The position numbers and the translations under genes are program-made. The notes below the pieces were generated by a model. The model was not told where the DNA came from. It did no database searches and saw nothing but the letters and a program-made list of their open reading frames with translations. A DNA stretch of 47,385 bases from Gemmatimonadota bacterium (GTDB lineage Bacteria > Gemmatimonadota > Gemmatimonadetes > Gemmatimonadales > Gemmatimonadaceae): NCBI GenBank assembly GCA_040389905.1, contig JAZJZK010000001.1:1-47385 (forward strand), written 5' to 3'. Each line of letters opens with the position of its first letter. Position 1 is the first letter of the stretch. Shown here piece after piece: positions 10,622-19,807 of the stretch.

Positions 10622-11368
10622 ATGATCTCACGTCGGCAGTTCCTTTCGGCGATCGGGGCACTGGCCGCAGTGCCCGTGTTCGTGCGGTCGACGCAGCAAC
10701 AGAACGACGGACGTATCCTGGCGCGCGTTCGGAAGCCGACCAAATCCATTGCGCCTGGCGAACACGCGCTTCCCCTCAAACGAGGCCGCCCGACGTTGTT
10801 GTACGTTCCGCCGTCGTACAAGACGGACGTGCCGGCCCCCATTGTCGTCGTACTGCACGGCGCAACGGGGGCCGGCGTCAACCAGCTCGCCCGGTACCGA
10901 GCGTACGCGGAGCAGTTCGGAGCAGTCGTGCTCGCCCCAAGTTCCGAGGGCGTCACATGGGACGCGATTCGCGGCGATTTCGATGCGGACTGCTTGCATA
11001 TCGACGCGGCGCTGGACTACGTGTTCGATCGCTGCGCCATCGATGCAACCCGAGTCGCCATCGCGGGATTCTCCGATGGTGCGAGCTACGCGCTCTCGCT
11101 GGGCCTGATCAATGGACAACTCTTCACGCATGCGGTCGCGTTTTCGCCGGGCTTCATCATACCCGGTGAGCGCGCGCGCAAGCCTGCGATCTTCATTGCC
11201 CACGGAACACAGGATGAGATTCTCCCGATCGATCGTTGCGGGCGGCCGATCGCCCGCGATCTCAGGGCCGCGGGCTACGCCGTCGATTTTCGCGAGTTCA
11301 ACGGCGGACACCAGATGCTCGAGACGATGATGCCCGATGCGGCGACATTCATGAGGTGGAAGAGCTGA
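10622..11368 (+). CDS. Tat-exported alpha/beta hydrolase (phospholipase/carboxylesterase family)
   Basis: Twin-arginine leader SRRQFL; GFSDG nucleophile elbow, HGTQDEIL Asp, FNGGH His. Confidence 0.85.
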   Translation: MISRRQFLSAIGALAAVPVFVRSTQQQNDGRILARVRKPTKSIAPGEHALPLKRGRPTLLYVPPSYKTDVPAPIVVVLHGATGAGVNQLARYRAYAEQFGAVVLAPSSEGVTWDAIRGDFDADCLHIDAALDYVFDRCAIDATRVAIAGFSDGASYALSLGLINGQLFTHAVAFSPGFIIPGERARKPAIFIAHGTQDEILPIDRCGRPIARDLRAAGYAVDFREFNGGHQMLETMMPDAATFMRWKS

Positions 11369-11473
11369 CCATTCGGAAAAGCGAGCTGCGCCGCGGTGTC
11401 GCGCAACCCTCTTCCCACACCGGCGTCGCGCCCCGTACTTTTGCGAAACCACTCCACTGGAGACACGCGCTCG

Positions 11474-12265
11474 ATGGCCCAGCAAGTCGTTCAGCTCACC
11501 CGTCGCAAGTTCGGCGAAACCATGCGACGGGACGCATGGTGGGTCCCGCAAGTCGGCGCCTTCGTCATCCTCAGCTCGTTTCTCGCCTACGCCACGTGGG
11601 CGGCGTTCCAGAACGCGCACTTCGAGTTCGGGTCGTACCTCTCGCCGTTCTACTCTCCGCTCATCGTCGGTGATTCACCGCACGCGTGGTTCAAGCAGGC
11701 GCCGTGGTTCATTCCGGCGATCTCGCCCGCGCTGTTGATTCTGCCGTTCCCCGCCGGTTTTCGCTTCACCTGCTACTACTATCGCGGCACGTATTACAAG
11801 GCGTTCTGGGCAGATCCGCCCGGTTGCGCGGTGGGTGAGCCGCGAAATTCCTATCTCGGTGAACGGCATCTCCCGCTGATCCTCCAGAACGTGCATCGCT
11901 ACTTCCTGTACGCGGCGCTGCTCTTTCTGGTCATCCTCGGACTCGATGCGTACCGAGGCTACTGGTTCGCCGACGCGAGTGGCGTGAAGCACTTCGGTAT
12001 CGGCATCGGGTCACTGGTGTTGACGATCAATGTCTGCCTGCTCAGCGGCTACACCCTCGGCTGCCACTCGCTCCGGCATCTCGTCGGTGGCTATCTCGAC
12101 CGGTTGTCGGGGCGTCCGCTGCGCCAGAAGACCTACGATTGCGTGAGCTGCCTCAATCGCGGTCATATGAACTGGGCGTGGGCGAGTCTGTTCTGGGTGG
12201 CGTTCTCGGACATCTACGTTCGCCTGTGCTCCATGGGGATATGGAGTGACTACAGGATTCTCTGA
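11474..12265 (+). CDS. Succinate dehydrogenase membrane anchor, mycobacterial Sdh1 (Rv0249c)-like
   Basis: Polytopic; YLSPFYSP, GFRFTCYYYRGTYYKAFWADPPGCAV, QNVHRYF, YTLGCHSLRH, HMNWAW; upstream of sdhAB; GGAG RBS. Confidence 0.85.
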   Translation: MAQQVVQLTRRKFGETMRRDAWWVPQVGAFVILSSFLAYATWAAFQNAHFEFGSYLSPFYSPLIVGDSPHAWFKQAPWFIPAISPALLILPFPAGFRFTCYYYRGTYYKAFWADPPGCAVGEPRNSYLGERHLPLILQNVHRYFLYAALLFLVILGLDAYRGYWFADASGVKHFGIGIGSLVLTINVCLLSGYTLGCHSLRHLVGGYLDRLSGRPLRQKTYDCVSCLNRGHMNWAWASLFWVAFSDIYVRLCSMGIWSDYRIL

Positions 12266-12270
12266 CTGCG

Positions 12271-12523
12271 ACTGACGTACTCGGTACCGAGTACAACCAC
12301 AAACGTACGAAGTACCCGGAACCGAGTACTCTGACTGGCACATTGGCTAAGAGGAGCCATCAGAAAGTGGTTGGCGCTAGAAGGCTTCTGCTAAGAGCGG
12401 CGTCTGGAGGTGGTACGGCGTTTGTAGGATCGAGGGCTCCTTTTGAGTTGGATGCCAGTCAGGGTACAGGGTTCCGGGTACCTCGTACGTTAGGGGTTGT
12501 ACTGAGTACCGATGTACGGCGGT
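12271..12523. repeat. Long imperfect inverted repeat built from GTAC-rich units
   Basis: Arm 12276-12340 matches the reverse complement of 12453-12518 with about ten differences; inner pairing GAGGAGCC/GGCTCCTT continues the stem. Confidence 0.85.
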
Positions 12524-12559
12524 TAAGCAGTTCCCAATTTTACGATCTCGAACGATTAA

Positions 12560-14374
12560 ATGGCTGAATACCAGACTGTAGATCACGACGTTCTCATTAT
12601 CGGCGCCGGCGGTGCGGGGCTCCGCGCCGCTGTCGAAGCCGCGTCCACCGGCCTCAAGGTCGGCGTCGTTTGCAAGTCGCTGCTCGGCAAGGCGCACACG
12701 GTGATGGCCGAGGGCGGCGTCGCCGCGGCGATGGCGAACGTCGACGACCGTGACAACTGGAAGGTGCACTTCGCGGACACGATGCGGGGCGGCCAGTATT
12801 TGAACAACTGGCGAATGGCGCAGATCCATGCGCAGGAAGCGCCGGCGCGAGTCAACGAACTCGAGGCCTGGGGCGCGCTCTTCGATCGCACCGACGATGG
12901 TCGCATCCTTCAGCGCAATTTCGGCGGGCACCGGTATCCGCGACTCGCGCACGTCGGTGACCGCACGGGCCTCGAGATGATCCGCACGTTGCAGGATCAC
13001 GGGATCCACTCCGGCATGGACGTGCACATGGAGTGCACGGTGCTCACGCTACTCAAGGACGGAGGTCGCATCGCCGGCGCGTTTGCCTACGATCGTGAAC
13101 GCGGACGCTTCAAGGTGTTTCGCGCGAAGGCGGTGGTCATGGCCACCGGTGGGATCGGTCGCGCGTTCAACATCACGAGCAACAGTTGGGAGTACACCGG
13201 CGATGGACAGGCGCTCGCATATCTCGCCGGGGCCCAATTGCAGGACATGGAGTTCGTCCAGTTCCACCCGACGGGCATGATCTGGCCGCCGAGTGTTCGC
13301 GGCATTCTCGTGACGGAAGGTGTGCGCGGCGAAGGCGGCGTGCTGCGGAACAAGGAGGGCAAGCGCTTCATGTTCGACAACATTCCCGACAACTACAAGC
13401 CGCAGACGGCTGACAACGAAGAGGAAGGTTGGCGCTACACGCAGGGCGACAAGAGCGCTCGGCGTCCCCCCGAGCTGCTCACCCGCGACCACGTGGCGCG
13501 CATGATCGTGCGCGAGGTGAAGGAAGGACGCGGCACACCGCACGGTGGCGTCTATCTCGATATCTCGTGGATCAAGGAAAAGCTTCCCAACGCCGCGGAG
13601 CACATCAAGAAGAAGCTGCCGAGCATGTATCACCAGTTCATGCAGCTCGCGAACATCGACATCACGAAGGAAGCGATGGAGATCGGGCCTACCACGCACT
13701 ATGTGATGGGCGGCATTCGCGTCGATGGCGATACGCAGATGTCCAACGTGCCTGGCCTGTTCGCGGCAGGCGAGTGCGCTGCGGGCCTGCACGGCGCGAA
13801 CAGGCTCGGTGGGAATTCGCTCTCTGACCTGTTGGTATTCGGCAAGCGCGCCGGCGAATACGCCGTGGAGTATGCGCGCGCGAACTCGACGCCATCGATC
13901 GACCAAGGCGAAGTCGAGGAATCAGCGCGCCGCGCACTCGCGCCCTTCGAGCGCGGAGGAGCGGAGGGTCCGTATCAAGTGCAGGAAGCACTACAGACCA
14001 CGATGCAGAATCTTGTCGGCATCGTTCGCACCGCGTCCGAAATGGAACGCGCCCTGTCAGAGCTCGAGGTGCTGAAGGCTCGCGCCGAGAAGGTCGGCGT
14101 CCCTGGCAATCGCGAGTACAACCCGGGGTGGCACACGGCGCTCGACCTGCGACATCTCATGATCGTATCGGAAGCCGTCGCCAAATCGGCGCTCGCGCGG
14201 AAGGAGAGCCGAGGCGGACACTTTCGCGATGACTATCCCGACAAGGATCCCGCGTTCGGCACGTTCAATCACGTCGTGCAACGTGGCGCGGATGGGGAGA
14301 TGCAACTGTCGCAGGCCACCATTCCTCCAATGCCGGACGACCTTCAAGCGATCATCAAGGAGAACGTTTCGTGA
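12560..14374 (+). CDS. sdhA: Succinate dehydrogenase / fumarate reductase flavoprotein subunit
   Basis: 604 aa; IIGAGGAG, covalent-FAD motif KAHTVMAEGG, QFHPT, TEGVRGEGG, HYVMGG, HGANRLGGNSL, RKESRGGHFR. Confidence 0.95.
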   Translation: MAEYQTVDHDVLIIGAGGAGLRAAVEAASTGLKVGVVCKSLLGKAHTVMAEGGVAAAMANVDDRDNWKVHFADTMRGGQYLNNWRMAQIHAQEAPARVNELEAWGALFDRTDDGRILQRNFGGHRYPRLAHVGDRTGLEMIRTLQDHGIHSGMDVHMECTVLTLLKDGGRIAGAFAYDRERGRFKVFRAKAVVMATGGIGRAFNITSNSWEYTGDGQALAYLAGAQLQDMEFVQFHPTGMIWPPSVRGILVTEGVRGEGGVLRNKEGKRFMFDNIPDNYKPQTADNEEEGWRYTQGDKSARRPPELLTRDHVARMIVREVKEGRGTPHGGVYLDISWIKEKLPNAAEHIKKKLPSMYHQFMQLANIDITKEAMEIGPTTHYVMGGIRVDGDTQMSNVPGLFAAGECAAGLHGANRLGGNSLSDLLVFGKRAGEYAVEYARANSTPSIDQGEVEESARRALAPFERGGAEGPYQVQEALQTTMQNLVGIVRTASEMERALSELEVLKARAEKVGVPGNREYNPGWHTALDLRHLMIVSEAVAKSALARKESRGGHFRDDYPDKDPAFGTFNHVVQRGADGEMQLSQATIPPMPDDLQAIIKENVS

Positions 14375-15210
14375 CCGCACCACACTCGGGCTCCACGACG
14401 CCGGGCGTCGCGGTCGATGCATATACGGCGGCGCAGGCCGCACAGGATGCGGCTGTCGGACATCAATCGCGCAACTTCAAGCTGTGGCGCGGTGCCGATG
14501 GCGTCGGTGAGTTCAAGGACTACACGACAGAGACGAACGACGGAATGGTCGTGCTCGATGCCATTCACCAGATCCAGGCGGAGCAGGCGAACGACCTCGC
14601 GGTGCGCTGGAACTGCAAAGCCGGTAAGTGCGGTTCGTGCTCGGCGGAAATCAACGGCAAGCCCAAGCTCATGTGCATGACTCGGCTCGATGAGCTTCCT
14701 GCCGATGAGCCGGTGACCGTGGAGCCGATGCGGGCGTTCCCACATGTACGTGACCTGGTCACCGACGTGTCGTGGAATTTCCGCGTCAAGCCGCGCATCC
14801 AGAAGTTCACGCCACGTCCACCGGACAACCCCGACGGCACGTGGAAGATCGACCAGCGCGACGTCAACCGCGTGCAGGAATTCCGGAAGTGCATCGAGTG
14901 CTTCCTCTGCCAGGACGTCTGCCACGTCCTTCGCGATCACCACAAGCACGAGGAATTCGTCGGTCCGCGCTTCCTCGTGTACGCCGCGGCGCTGGAAATG
15001 CATCCACTCGACGTTGCGGATCGCACCACGGAGCTCAAGGACGCCTTCGGCATCGGGTATTGCAACATCACGAAATGCTGCACGAAAGTCTGTCCGGAGC
15101 ATATCACCATCACGGACAACGCCATCATTCCACTCAAGGAACGTGTGGTCGACAAGCACTATGATCCGTTAAAAGCGCTGGTGCGACTCGTCCGCGGCAC
15201 GAAGAAGTAG
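14371..15210 (+). CDS. sdhB: Succinate dehydrogenase iron-sulfur subunit
   Basis: CKAGKCGSC...C, CIECFLCQDVC, CNITKCCTKVCP; GTGA overlap with the sdhA stop. Confidence 0.95.
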   Translation: MTAPHSGSTTPGVAVDAYTAAQAAQDAAVGHQSRNFKLWRGADGVGEFKDYTTETNDGMVVLDAIHQIQAEQANDLAVRWNCKAGKCGSCSAEINGKPKLMCMTRLDELPADEPVTVEPMRAFPHVRDLVTDVSWNFRVKPRIQKFTPRPPDNPDGTWKIDQRDVNRVQEFRKCIECFLCQDVCHVLRDHHKHEEFVGPRFLVYAAALEMHPLDVADRTTELKDAFGIGYCNITKCCTKVCPEHITITDNAIIPLKERVVDKHYDPLKALVRLVRGTKK

Positions 15211-15221
15211 ACGGAGACATC

Positions 15222-15728
15222 ATGGAAACCGGAGTCGCGCTGAAGAGTATTTCCCACGAGGCCATTCCACGCGCCGTCCAGAAAGCGGAGCGCTACCGGC
15301 TGCTCAATCAGTCGTGGGCAACGGAGAGCATCTGCCTCGACATTCTCGAGATCGAGCCGGGACACCAGCAAGTGCTGGTGATGCTCCTGCTCTCGCTCAC
15401 CGATCAATTCGGCGCGCAGCCCCGGGAGCTGGCGTTGCGTGCGCGCGCCGTGCTGGAGCGCCTCACCGACCCATACCAGAAGTTCTATTACTCAGGGATC
15501 ATCGACGAGCGCCTCGGTCATGCGCAACTGGCGCAGGGTGCGATGCATGCCGAAGCCATGGCGCACGAATCGCTCAGGTCCGCGATGATTTCGTTCGAGA
15601 AGGCCGAGGCGTTGCGGCAGCCGGGGAACGATGATGCGATTCTGCGTTGGAACACCTGCGCCAGGGCGCTGGAGCACCTTCGCGTTCGCGAGGAGGCGGA
15701 TGGGTATGAACCCGCGTTCGGTGAGTAG
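15222..15728 (+). CDS. Hypothetical helical-repeat (TPR-like) protein in the sdh operon
   Basis: 168 aa, GGAG RBS, 11 nt after sdhB; KAERYRLLN, ESICLDIL, NDDAILRWNTC. Confidence 0.75.
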   Translation: METGVALKSISHEAIPRAVQKAERYRLLNQSWATESICLDILEIEPGHQQVLVMLLLSLTDQFGAQPRELALRARAVLERLTDPYQKFYYSGIIDERLGHAQLAQGAMHAEAMAHESLRSAMISFEKAEALRQPGNDDAILRWNTCARALEHLRVREEADGYEPAFGE

Positions 15729-15774
15729 CGGAAACGGCGTCACTCGTTCCGCTCGTTTTGTCGCCCTGAACGAA

Positions 15775-16233
15775 GTGAAGGGCCCGCACCTGCTGTTCCT
15801 GGTGTTATTTCTGTTCGCGATGGCCGTGCCAGTCAAAGCACAGCAGAACGACAAGACCGTCGAACAAACGCTCTTCAAACTCGAGAACGAGTGGGCGCAA
15901 GCGGTCATTCATCGCGACGCCAACGTGCTCCGTCGCCTGACGGCCACGAAGTGGGTTTATTCCGATGAGAGTGGCGTGATGGAACGGGACGCTGGCATCA
16001 AGGCCTTCACGAGCGGAACGGATACCGTTCGCGAGGCATCGAATGAAAAAATGCGCGCGTTGATTTACGACAAGACGGCAGTCGTCATCGGCATCCTGCA
16101 AATGAAGGGACGAGGTCCGAAGGGCCCATTCACCAATCGGTACCGTTACACCGATACGTGGGCGCTCATCGACGGCCACTGGCAGTGCATTGCCTCACAG
16201 GATTATCTGATGCCCGCCGAGAAGAAGCCGTAG
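15775..16233 (+). CDS. Secreted NTF2-like (DUF4440) protein
   Basis: Signal peptide ending VKA-Q; LENEWAQAVIHRD, YDKTAVVIG, YRYTDTWALIDGHWQCIASQ. GTG start inferred. Confidence 0.8.
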   Translation: MKGPHLLFLVLFLFAMAVPVKAQQNDKTVEQTLFKLENEWAQAVIHRDANVLRRLTATKWVYSDESGVMERDAGIKAFTSGTDTVREASNEKMRALIYDKTAVVIGILQMKGRGPKGPFTNRYRYTDTWALIDGHWQCIASQDYLMPAEKKP

Positions 16234-16255
16234 TCGGCAGAGTATGAACTGCCGA

Positions 16256-16356
16256 GGAGCGGATTGAACGGATGCAACGGAAACAGCCGGAGAGGACATG
16301 CGAACTATATGGTGACAAGTCTGGCAGTTTCCGTTCAAATCCCTTCCATCCGTTCC
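16256..16356. repeat. Intergenic inverted repeat of 9-mer-like (GAACGGATN) units
   Basis: GGAGCGGATTGAACGGATGCAACGGAAACAGCCGGA pairs with TCTGGCAGTTTCCGTTCAAATCCCTTCCATCCGTTCC. Confidence 0.7.
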
Positions 16357-16489
16357 TGACGCTGTTGATTCTCTAGCTCCGAGCTTCACGTACACCGGCG
16401 CGTCGTCGGAACAGCCGCGAAAAACAGGAAGGCGAGCAAGACCGCAAAGCGCTACCAGAAGTCTGGATTCTCGTTCGGGAGGTATGCTG

Positions 16490-18322
16490 ATGCGCTTTCG
16501 TGTTGTTCTCCTCGCCCTCGGCGTCGCGACGCTCGGCACGGCCTGCACGCGCGACGACGCGACGCCACAGACCGACTCCGCCAGCGCGGCGTTCGCCCCG
16601 GTGACCGGCACGCGTATCGCCGCGCCGCGAGCGGGACCACCCGGCGACTGGCCCATTCCCGGCGGAGACAACTCGGCGTCGCGCTTCAGCGAGCTCGATC
16701 AGATCACGGCCGCGAATGCGAAGAATCTCCATGCCGCCTGGACCTTTTCAACGGGAGTACTGCGCGGGCATGAGGGGCAGCCGCTCGTCATCGGCAATAC
16801 GATGTACGTGGTGACTCCATATCCTAACGTCTCTTACGCGCTCGACCTGGCGACAGAAGGCCAGCCGCTGAGGTGGAAGGTACGTCCGGAAAACGCGCAG
16901 ACAGCCGTCGGTCTCGCCTGTTGCGACGTGGTGAACCGCGGCGCCGCGTACGCGGACGGAAAGCTCTTCTACAACTTGCTCGACGGACACACGGTCGCCA
17001 TCGATGTGTCCTCCGGGAAGTTGCTCTGGAGCACGAAAATGGGAAATCTCGCCAAGGGCGAGACGATGACGATGGCGCCACTCGTCGCGAAGGGCAAAGT
17101 CATCGTGGGGTCGAGCGGTGGCGAGATGGGCGTTCGCGGCTGGATTGCCGCAATCGACGCCGCGTCGGGAAAGGAAGTCTGGCGTGCGTACAACATCGGG
17201 CCAGACGCCGACATCAAGGTCGGTAAGCGCTTCAAGCCGTTCTATCACACGGATACGAGTGCCAACCAGGGCGCGACGAGTTGGCCGGGTTCCACGTGGC
17301 AGCAGGGAGGCGCAACGGTGTGGGGTTGGTTGTCGTTCGACCCCGAGCTCAACCTCGTCTATCACGGCACGTCGAACCCCGGGCCGTGGAATGGTGCGCA
17401 ACGCGCCGGCGACAACAAGTGGAGCGCCGCCATCATCGCGCGCGATGCCGACACCGGCGAGATCGTCTGGGCATTCCAGCCGACGCCGCATGATGTCTGG
17501 GACTACGATGCGGTCAACGAGAACATCCTCGTCGATCTCCCCATTGCAGGAAAGACGCGCAAGGCGCTCGTTCACTTCGATCGCAATGGTTTTGCGTACA
17601 CGATGGATCGTACCACGGGCGAAGTCATCCTCGCGAAACCCTACGTTCCGATGAACTGGTCCACCGGCGTCGACCTGGCGACGGGTCGGCCGGTGATCAA
17701 CCCGGAGAAGGCCCCATTTCAGGGGAAGAAAGTCTCGAACATCTGTCCGAGCCTGGAAGGTGGAAAGAACCAACAGCCCGCGGCGTTCTCTCCTGCGACA
17801 GGACTGTTCTACGTCCCGACCAACAACCTCTGCATGGACTTCGAAGCACGAGAGGTCACCTATATCCCCGGAACACCGTACATCGGAGGCAATGCGCCCG
17901 AGATCCCTGGACCCGGCGGATACAAAGGCGAATTCATGGCCTGGGACGCAACAACGGGGCGGAAGATCTGGGGCATCAAGGAACCATACCCCGTGTGGGG
18001 CGGCGGGCTCGTGACCAAGGGCGACGTCGTCTTCTACGGCACGCTCGATGGATGGTTCAAGGCGGCCAATGCGCGCACAGGTGAAGTCCTCTGGAAGTTC
18101 AAGGTCGGGTCAGGTGTCGTTGGCAATCCCATCACGTACACGGGGCCCGATGGAAAGCAGTACGTCGCGGTCTACGCTGGCATCGGCGGCGACATGGGAC
18201 TCCTGATCGCTGGCGACGTCGCGGCAAATCTTCCGTACGATGTGCGCGAACGAGGATCGACACTCCCAGACCTCGCGCGCTGGACGAGTTGGGGAGGAAT
18301 GCTGTTCGTGTTTTCACTGTAG
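16490..18322 (+). CDS. PQQ-dependent methanol/ethanol-family dehydrogenase, XoxF-like, predicted lipoprotein
   Basis: ACCDVVNRG vicinal disulfide, GGEMGVRG, GTSNPGPWN, WDYDAVNE; lipobox LGTAC; GGAGG spacing favours ATG 16490 (alternative 16484). Confidence 0.9.
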   Translation: MRFRVVLLALGVATLGTACTRDDATPQTDSASAAFAPVTGTRIAAPRAGPPGDWPIPGGDNSASRFSELDQITAANAKNLHAAWTFSTGVLRGHEGQPLVIGNTMYVVTPYPNVSYALDLATEGQPLRWKVRPENAQTAVGLACCDVVNRGAAYADGKLFYNLLDGHTVAIDVSSGKLLWSTKMGNLAKGETMTMAPLVAKGKVIVGSSGGEMGVRGWIAAIDAASGKEVWRAYNIGPDADIKVGKRFKPFYHTDTSANQGATSWPGSTWQQGGATVWGWLSFDPELNLVYHGTSNPGPWNGAQRAGDNKWSAAIIARDADTGEIVWAFQPTPHDVWDYDAVNENILVDLPIAGKTRKALVHFDRNGFAYTMDRTTGEVILAKPYVPMNWSTGVDLATGRPVINPEKAPFQGKKVSNICPSLEGGKNQQPAAFSPATGLFYVPTNNLCMDFEAREVTYIPGTPYIGGNAPEIPGPGGYKGEFMAWDATTGRKIWGIKEPYPVWGGGLVTKGDVVFYGTLDGWFKAANARTGEVLWKFKVGSGVVGNPITYTGPDGKQYVAVYAGIGGDMGLLIAGDVAANLPYDVRERGSTLPDLARWTSWGGMLFVFSL

Positions 18323-18363
18323 GACGAGAACTTGCGATTTTCTACGGTCACAGCAACAGAGTG

Positions 18364-18429
18364 AACCACAGAGGACACAGAGGACACAGAGAAGAACGTG
18401 AGTGAGCAGCTCTCTGTGTCCTCTTTGGT
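18364..18429. repeat. Hairpin of CACAGAGGA 9-mer units
   Basis: AACCACAGAGGACACAGAGGACACAGAG pairs with CTCTCTGTGTCCTCTTTGGT. Confidence 0.7.
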
Positions 18430-18485
18430 AAAATTGCAGGTCTGGTGTTTCTGCTCGATGCCGAATCCCCCAACGGGTAATCACG

Positions 18486-18998
18486 ATGCGCGAATTCCAG
18501 ATGGCCGGCCGACTCCTGATTCTCGTCGCGCTCGTAGCCTGTGCGGACTCCCGCGCCGAGCAGCCACCGCCCGCGCCCCAACAGGCGGGCGCCGATCTCG
18601 CCGGCCGATTCGTTTCCCACGCGGATCACATCCAACCGGGCGGCGTGAAGCCCTTTGCCGGCCTCAAGCTCGTGAACCCACACGAAGGCGATGCAAACGC
18701 CGTCGCGACCGGTGCGAAGCTCTACCTCGCGTATAACTGCATCGACTGCCACGGCGCCGATGGCAGCGGTGCGATGGGTCCCAGCCTTGCCGACAATCGC
18801 TGGCACTTCGGCGGCGCGCCGGCGGAAGTCTTCGAGTCGATCTATCAGGGCCGCCCCGAAGGCATGCCCGCCTGGGGCAGCCTCATTTCCGACGACCAGG
18901 TCTGGATGCTCGTCTCTTACGTCCGCTCCCTCTCGGCAGGTAAGAACGTCACCACCGAAAACTTCGGCGGTAAGACAGTCGAGCGCACGGGGCACTGA
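18486..18998 (+). CDS. Monoheme cytochrome c lipoprotein (XoxG/cytochrome cL-like partner)
   Basis: CIDCH heme motif, GAMGPSL, GMPAWG, lipobox LVAC; follows the PQQ dehydrogenase. Confidence 0.87.
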   Translation: MREFQMAGRLLILVALVACADSRAEQPPPAPQQAGADLAGRFVSHADHIQPGGVKPFAGLKLVNPHEGDANAVATGAKLYLAYNCIDCHGADGSGAMGPSLADNRWHFGGAPAEVFESIYQGRPEGMPAWGSLISDDQVWMLVSYVRSLSAGKNVTTENFGGKTVERTGH

Positions 18999-19007
18999 TG
19001 CCCACGT

Positions 19008-19310
19008 TCAACGGCGTCGGTTCCACGGTTTGAGGACCGTGTACTCAGGCACCGCCGTCGGGGATGCCCGGTCGACCATGACAAGTTTCCGGCGATCCAG
19101 TCGCTGCACCGCATCCTGAACCGCGCGCTTGGAAAGGCCGGTGGCCTCGGCCAACTCGCGCAGCGAAAGCGTTACGGCAAGCCCATCCTCCGCAAGGCTC
19201 CGCGCCGTGAGGGCGAGATACACGATGAATGCGGCCGGATGCCGATCGTGGCCCACGAGATCGGCCATCAGTGTATCGAGAACGTACCGGTCGATGGCGT
19301 ATTGGCGCAT
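19008..19310 (-). CDS. Small helix-turn-helix protein
   Basis: 100 aa; LSLRELAEATGLSKRAVQDAVQRL HTH. Confidence 0.8.
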   Translation of the reverse strand: MRQYAIDRYVLDTLMADLVGHDRHPAAFIVYLALTARSLAEDGLAVTLSLRELAEATGLSKRAVQDAVQRLDRRKLVMVDRASPTAVPEYTVLKPWNRRR

Positions 19311-19318
19311 GGGAATCC

Positions 19319-19343
19319 GATGCTATAGTGATGGATGCTATAG
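19319..19343. promoter_or_regulatory. Direct repeat GATGCTATAG x2, candidate operator
   Basis: Exact 10-mers at 19319-19328 and 19334-19343, 8 nt from the HTH start codon in a divergent intergenic region. Confidence 0.45.
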
Positions 19344-19434
19344 ACAAGAATGCGCGACTTGCACGGGTCCACAAGGTCAGCGAGGATTCACCCTCACACG
19401 CATCCTCTCACCTCGGCACGTGCCGGAGCCCGTC

Positions 19435-19800
19435 ATGATCAAGGCCATCAAGTTCGTTTCCATTCCGACGCGCGACCAGGATCGCGCACTCGAGTTCTAT
19501 ACCACGAAACTCGGGTTCATCATCAGCACCGATCAGCCCTTCGATGAGAAACAACGCTGGATCGAGCTACGCATTCCCGGTGCCGACACGCAGTTCGTGC
19601 TGTTCACGCCGGACGGCTGGGAGGAGCGCATCGGCTCCTTCTTCAACTTCGCGTTCACCACGGACGACATCGACGGAACCTACGCGGAGTTTCAGGCGAA
19701 GGGCGTCGAGACGCTGGGGCCTCCAGAGAAAGCCGGGTGGGGAAGCTCGATCAAGTTCAAGGACTCGGAGGGGAACCAGCTGCTCGTATCGTCGCGGTGA
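19435..19800 (+). CDS. VOC / glyoxalase family protein
   Basis: 121 aa; IPTRDQDRALEFYTTKLGF, TDDIDGTYAEF, FKDSEGN; GGAG RBS. Confidence 0.9.
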   Translation: MIKAIKFVSIPTRDQDRALEFYTTKLGFIISTDQPFDEKQRWIELRIPGADTQFVLFTPDGWEERIGSFFNFAFTTDDIDGTYAEFQAKGVETLGPPEKAGWGSSIKFKDSEGNQLLVSSR

Positions 19801-19807
19801 CCTTAGT

